Positions 58,761 to 64,000 of a stretch of 64,000 bases of DNA are shown piece by piece. The notes beneath the pieces were generated by a model that saw nothing but the letters and a program-made list of their open reading frames with translations, was not told the DNA's origin and made no database searches. Every line of letters starts with the position of its first letter. Position 1 is the first letter of the stretch. This stretch comes from Lingula anatina (lineage: Eukaryota; Animalia; Brachiopoda), in the NCBI GenBank assembly GCA_051362555.1, contig CM120649.1:15452567-15516566 (forward strand), read 5' to 3'. Made by a program: the position numbers and the translations under genes.

Positions 58761-59766
58761 ATGTCTGTAGCCAATGCAGCAGCAACAGAAGAACAGCGGT
58801 TAAAGAAGAAACTGCAGACATTCCATGGTGAACTGCTGCGGGTGGGGACAGTGAAAGGGTTTAAGTATTTTGCTATGTACATGAGAGGAAGAGAAGAGAT
58901 GATGATCAGTGTGCTGAATGAACCACAGGTAGGACTTGTGAATGCATATTTACTATTACGGTTACAGTAATTTTCTGTCTTGAAATTCGACAATTAGGGA
59001 TGTCCGTCATTCACCTGAGGCAAGAACGGATTGTTCATTTACTTGATTTTGATTTATTAGCTTCATATATATATTTAGATAAATTCACAGTAGGATTTTA
59101 TTAGTTATGCTATAGTTAATATACAAATAGGTGCATTTATTCCTTGCAGGGTGTTGACAATTCATATGTGACTGATACCAGTTTATTCAACTTTGACACT
59201 GTAACACCTTCCCCCACAGATAGTCTAACTGCTGCCAGCCTGCCCTATGACAAGTAAGTATAGATCTATTTATTAATGAATCAATTTATTAATTAAAAAT
59301 TTATATGGATCTTCATGGAAGCATACATTGCAGTGCATCGAAGATCTCCTTTGACTTATTGTTTTGTTTTCTTTGTTTTCATTTTTTAGACATTATTATT
59401 ATTATTATTAAATAATGTTTTAGGATTTTGAAAATTAATTGAAAGAGGAGAGGCAGGGTAAGTGTCAAAAATTAGATTTAGATTAGATTGTATTCTTGAT
59501 CACATGCTTGCAAAAAGTAAAATGAATACACAGATTTTAGAAGATATCAGAATTTTGTGTAATAAGCTGACATGGTAGAGTCAGAAAGTTTTAAAACCTA
59601 CTTCATGTTTCAAACAACTTTTTCTTCAGGCGCTCCCTTATGTTGTCCAGAAGAACACAGTTAAAACTAAGTGGTCTTGGTGATAAAGGCATAGGATTGC
59701 CTCCAGCTTCTCCCAGTGACAATGAGATGGCAAGTCAGGTATAGTGATTAGCTATTGATGATTTTG

Positions 59767-59818
<52 letters not shown>

Positions 59819-61480
59819 AAATCTAACTTCAAATCAGGCCCTGCTCATAACTGATTTAACATTATGATAAAGACCTTTTAAACATGTTAAACAACATACC
59901 AGCTCTCCCAGAATTTCTAAAACAATTGACATTAAAAAATTCATAAACAAAAAGAGAGGCTATTACTTTGTATTCATATATAGTAAATTAATATGTTTAA
60001 TTTCTTTCAGATGGAAAACTCGACTCTATTCCTCCTGGCCGGCTATGGCAGGTATAACTGCCCCTATGTGTGGGTGCGGTCAAATCATGAGAGATTGGTC
60101 AGAATGTCCAGAGAGGATATATATGACAAGGACAGTCCACTGAGGCTTAGGTCCACCAGTAATACCAAGTGGAAAAATGAAGGTGAAGGCCATATTTTGT
60201 TGCTATAGTTACTGTTTGTGTGCTGCCCTCTAGCGGCCATAAATGGTATCATAACTAATAAAAATTGGGACCATGTGAGAGGAATTTGCATATGGCTGAA
60301 GTGAGATGGGAAATAACGGGAATGTTTATTATTGCTTTTATTTTTTTTAATCATGTGTTGTTTATTTTTGATGTGTAATTTTTTTTAAATTGTATCATGG
60401 GTATTATTTTAACTGGTTATGTAAAAGAGACAGATAAAAAATATAATACAGCAGATAAATTTAAAGAAATTTTGTTTATATATATGTGAATCTAAATAAA
60501 CGTAAAATTACTTGTATTATAAATGTTTTTATCTAGAAATTCATGTCTGGGAAATCATCAGAGAGTTGGTCAAGCTCTGTACGGCCCCTCCTCCCAGGAA
60601 CCCCTTCGAGGTGGACTTCGAGTACTACGACCACTTGCCTCTACAGGAAAGAATAACCAACTCCGCAGCCACCATCAGTCTGCTGCAGGAAATAGTGGCC
60701 ACTGATGTCGCTGACAGATCATATACAGCCAAAGGTAAATATTTCACAGCAAGATATTTTACGTATTTACACTGAACTTTGGGAGAGTTGGTCAGTGGCA
60801 TACCACAGAATAAATCCAGCATAACTTAGTGCCAAGTTGTAATTGTGTGGTGTGTCAGTGTTACTTAATGTAAAAAATAATGTCTTGTAAAACTGTTTAA
60901 AAAGAAAAGCACTTACGTTCAGTTGCTCAAGATCTTTATGTTAATTTGCCACTGTTTCATTTGTCAAATTTTCAGAGAAGTTAAACATTATAACTGAGGA
61001 TTGGATATTAAATTTTTTAGTTCTTAGAAATGAAAGTCATCTGGATATATCTGGAAATCTTGATATTTTGGTGTTGTATTAACTACCCCTGCCCCCCACC
61101 CCCTTCCTCCAGCAATGTATATCTGCACCTTGAGCACTTGAATTTTCAGGATCATTATGGAAGGTCCATTTACATCTCTGAATTCTAGTTTTGAATTTAG
61201 TCATTTTCAATTTCCGTTTGTTTCAGTTCTCGAAGACTTGCACTTGTTGACAAAGATACACCTGCAAGACCTTAGAACTCTTATACATGAACAAAGGCAG
61301 CCATCCCAACTACAGCAACAGCAATCTCAACAGCAACAATTACAGCAATCTCAACAACAACAACAACATCAGTTGCAGCAGCAACAGTGGCAACAGGCGC
61401 AGCAGTCGTATTCACTCCCTGGCTATATCCAGCAGTCACAAACACAATATGGTTACAGGTACCAAACTGGGATGATGTGA
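58761..61480 (+). CDS. Uncharacterised protein with glutamine-rich C-terminus, 6 coding exons
   Basis: Exons ~58761-58928, 59150-59253, 59630-59738, 60011-60181, 60538-60734, 61227-61480 with canonical splice sites and one continuous frame (MSVANAAAT..FKYFAMYMRGREE../STLFLLAGYGRYNCPYVWVRSNH../IHVWEIIRELVKLC..RNPFEVDFEYY../..QQQQ). Probable non-coding first exon with donor at 58286. Family not recognised. Confidence 0.8.
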
Positions 61481-64000
61481 CATGATTTGACATCACTCTA
61501 TTGGTACATTGTCCATAGTCAAGGTTAAAACCAATTCAAACCAATACAAAGCGACAATGTATGGTAGTACCGTTGGTTTCAAACCAGAACCGAGTTTACC
61601 AAAGTGAATTTTATGACAGCTGCATGGTACCATGCCAAACTGAAACCAAAGAGACGCTGAAAGACAGAAGCACGAGAACCATAATAAATGGAAGATCCCA
61701 AAGTGTGTCACAGTAACATGAGTACATTAACAAAATGCTCTGTATTCTGAGCGTTCTTAAAAACGTGTCTTTTCACTCAGATCGTTTGTGTATATATATG
61801 TAATATGTGCCAGTAGCAATGCTTATGTCTGCGGTTTGATTTTAAATTGGACATTCTCATTTGCTTTCCAAAGAAGTGCAATAAAGGATGACGTATTTTG
61901 TATAATCCGATTAATGTTGTAGTTTTCGTTATTCAACCTTCGTTTAAATCGAATAGTTATTTTGATTAAACAGTAGAAGTAAAATGAAGTTAAACGTACA
62001 CGTCTTCGCGTCACGGAGAAATTTCATTCTATCATTAATGCATTTTGCATAATTTACATAGTTATTATTTTTAATTTGATAAGTATTGCTAATTTAGTAT
62101 TTTGTTTTAACTGTACTGTTTTACCCCTGTACAAAAAATCGCAACTGAAAACAATGATTACCTGGGCGGTGACGCAGTGGCGCAGAAGATGTGACAAGGC
62201 CCGACCCCATACCCAGATAAAAGCAGTGCGTGATGGCATGTTAATGTCTGAATAGCATCGAGAGTGCGTATGCGCGAGACAAAGAGAGAGACTGAGACAT
62301 TCTCGGTTTTCAAATAATCTAGTCAAAGTCACAAGTCGTATATAGGTAGTAAGAAGAAACTATCGCCGTTTATTACTAGTTCTTTCTTATGAAGCTCCAG
62401 TCACACCAATACATATAACGTGCAAACAAGACGTCAGTTTTAGAAATGAATGTCAAAGACTGCAACAATCATCCTGCTGTTAAATGATACTTCAATAATT
62501 TAATCATCTCAGACTATTCCACCGTAAACAAACAGGTAAAAAATAGCACTTGTAAGCTTAAGGTTAAACTGGAAAGCGTTCGAGTTTCCTCGTAAAATTA
62601 ACAAATTGTGAATTTTTTCGTTCTCACGCGCTCTCAGATTACGAAGTCACCTCATGGAGGCGTTTTTTTAACTCCTGTTAGTCAATTTAGTCAGACAGAA
62701 AAATCTGGCAAGGCCAAGAAGCTTCGTTCTAGTGTTATAGTTCCGTTCATCATAGTTGCTTATTTCTGTAAATAAAGGCCTCCGGCCTTGTATTACAATT
62801 GTTCTTACATTACATTTTTTTCTTTTAGAAGTAATAATAATAAAAGAAATAATACGAGTGCATGATACATTTAAACTATAGTGCAATAAAATTTATATTT
62901 CATAACTCAATGTCTACAGTAGTTGTAAGCTCTAGTCTTGTTTTTTTCTGCATTTAACAAAAATATAGCAATTCTGCGTAACATATATCCATCTTACTCA
63001 CATTGACATTGCAAAAGTTCCCTAATCATTTGATTCTAAGATCTTGGTACAAAGGACACACGAGAAGAAAGTGCATTTCTGTTTCTATTTCACCTTGGCA
63101 ACCTGGACAAACTATTTCATCTCTACCTATAGTCTACCTATAGTCATCAACATGATATTGCAATCTTTCAAACTCCTAGTTGCAGTTTAACGAAACTCCT
63201 CGCAGATTTCCACAGAGCGGTCCGTTTTGTCAATGGTATTGACGTCATGCAAAATCCGAAAAAAATCACGAATACATGCCGCTCCCTGAAGGAAGCGGGT
63301 ATCCGGATATCCGATAACCTACATGTAGCACTTAAGACGTTGCAAAATTAATTATCACAATAAAAGAAATAATTGCATAAGAATAAACTAACTTATAAAT
63401 TATACCTTGGTTGATTATAGGCTACTGTGTCCCGGTTAAGGGTTAGATTTACATATTCCACGTAAAATATTACATGCGAAATCAGAAAAGCCGTAATTAA
63501 CCTTAGAACCCCATCAAAACGCCAAAAACTCAGCAAGCGTGTGGTTCATGGCGAAAAGAGCCAGTGCAGTGTAATTAAATATCACCTGAATAATAAGAAC
63601 TAAGACTTAATACCCATGTATTCTTACCTTAAGATACATGTAAACAAGAATGTATAAACACCACTGTTCCTGTGACAAAAGAGGTAACGGATCTCCGTGA
63701 CTCGAGGTGACTAAGGGCGCATTCGGAACCAGTCGATCCGCGGACTAACTAGTCCTCGCATCAAATATGGTGACACCCACTCGAAAGCGCGCCGAGTTTT
63801 AACTGCCCTGCCCTTGCTGTGGCGGCGGGCGTGAGAGGCGGGAATCCATTGTCATATCCGCGGGCCAGTCAATTGGTTCCGATTCCATATTTTAGATGGT
63901 TCCATATTTTACATGCCAGTTGGTTCCGAATGTGCCCTTACATACACATCTGCCTTGCTGAATCACGCATCTTTCATGAGATCAAAGACGGTAAAGAAGA

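Noticed and set aside
61700-64000. Possible minus-strand exons or promoter at the window end
   Set aside because: Splice-like motifs and CpG enrichment are present, but no coherent reading frame or RNA motif was found.

Overview
AT-rich, intron-containing animal genomic DNA; the repeat types and gene content suggest an invertebrate, possibly a lophotrochozoan (inference). In order the window holds: (1) the 3' part of a membrane-anchored carboxylesterase/cholinesterase-family gene (+), preceded by a long-TIR DNA element with a nested, internally deleted LTR retroelement; (2) a C2H2 zinc-finger ORF (-); (3) dyskerin DKC1 (-, 14 coding exons), whose introns carry three paralogous H/ACA snoRNAs with guides matching the snR34/SNORA65 targets, one C/D snoRNA antisense to 18S rRNA, and a Helentron-type element with a 146-bp satellite; (4) CFAP300 (+), head-to-head with DKC1; (5) INTS4 (-), with a U12-type intron, four tandem arrays built from its own splice junctions, and a 13.5-kb intron holding four antisense, intronless, signal-anchored FkbM-family methyltransferase genes plus a deleted copy; (6) an uncharacterised polyQ-tailed gene (+), head-to-head with INTS4. 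Exon boundaries were read by eye and no database search was run.
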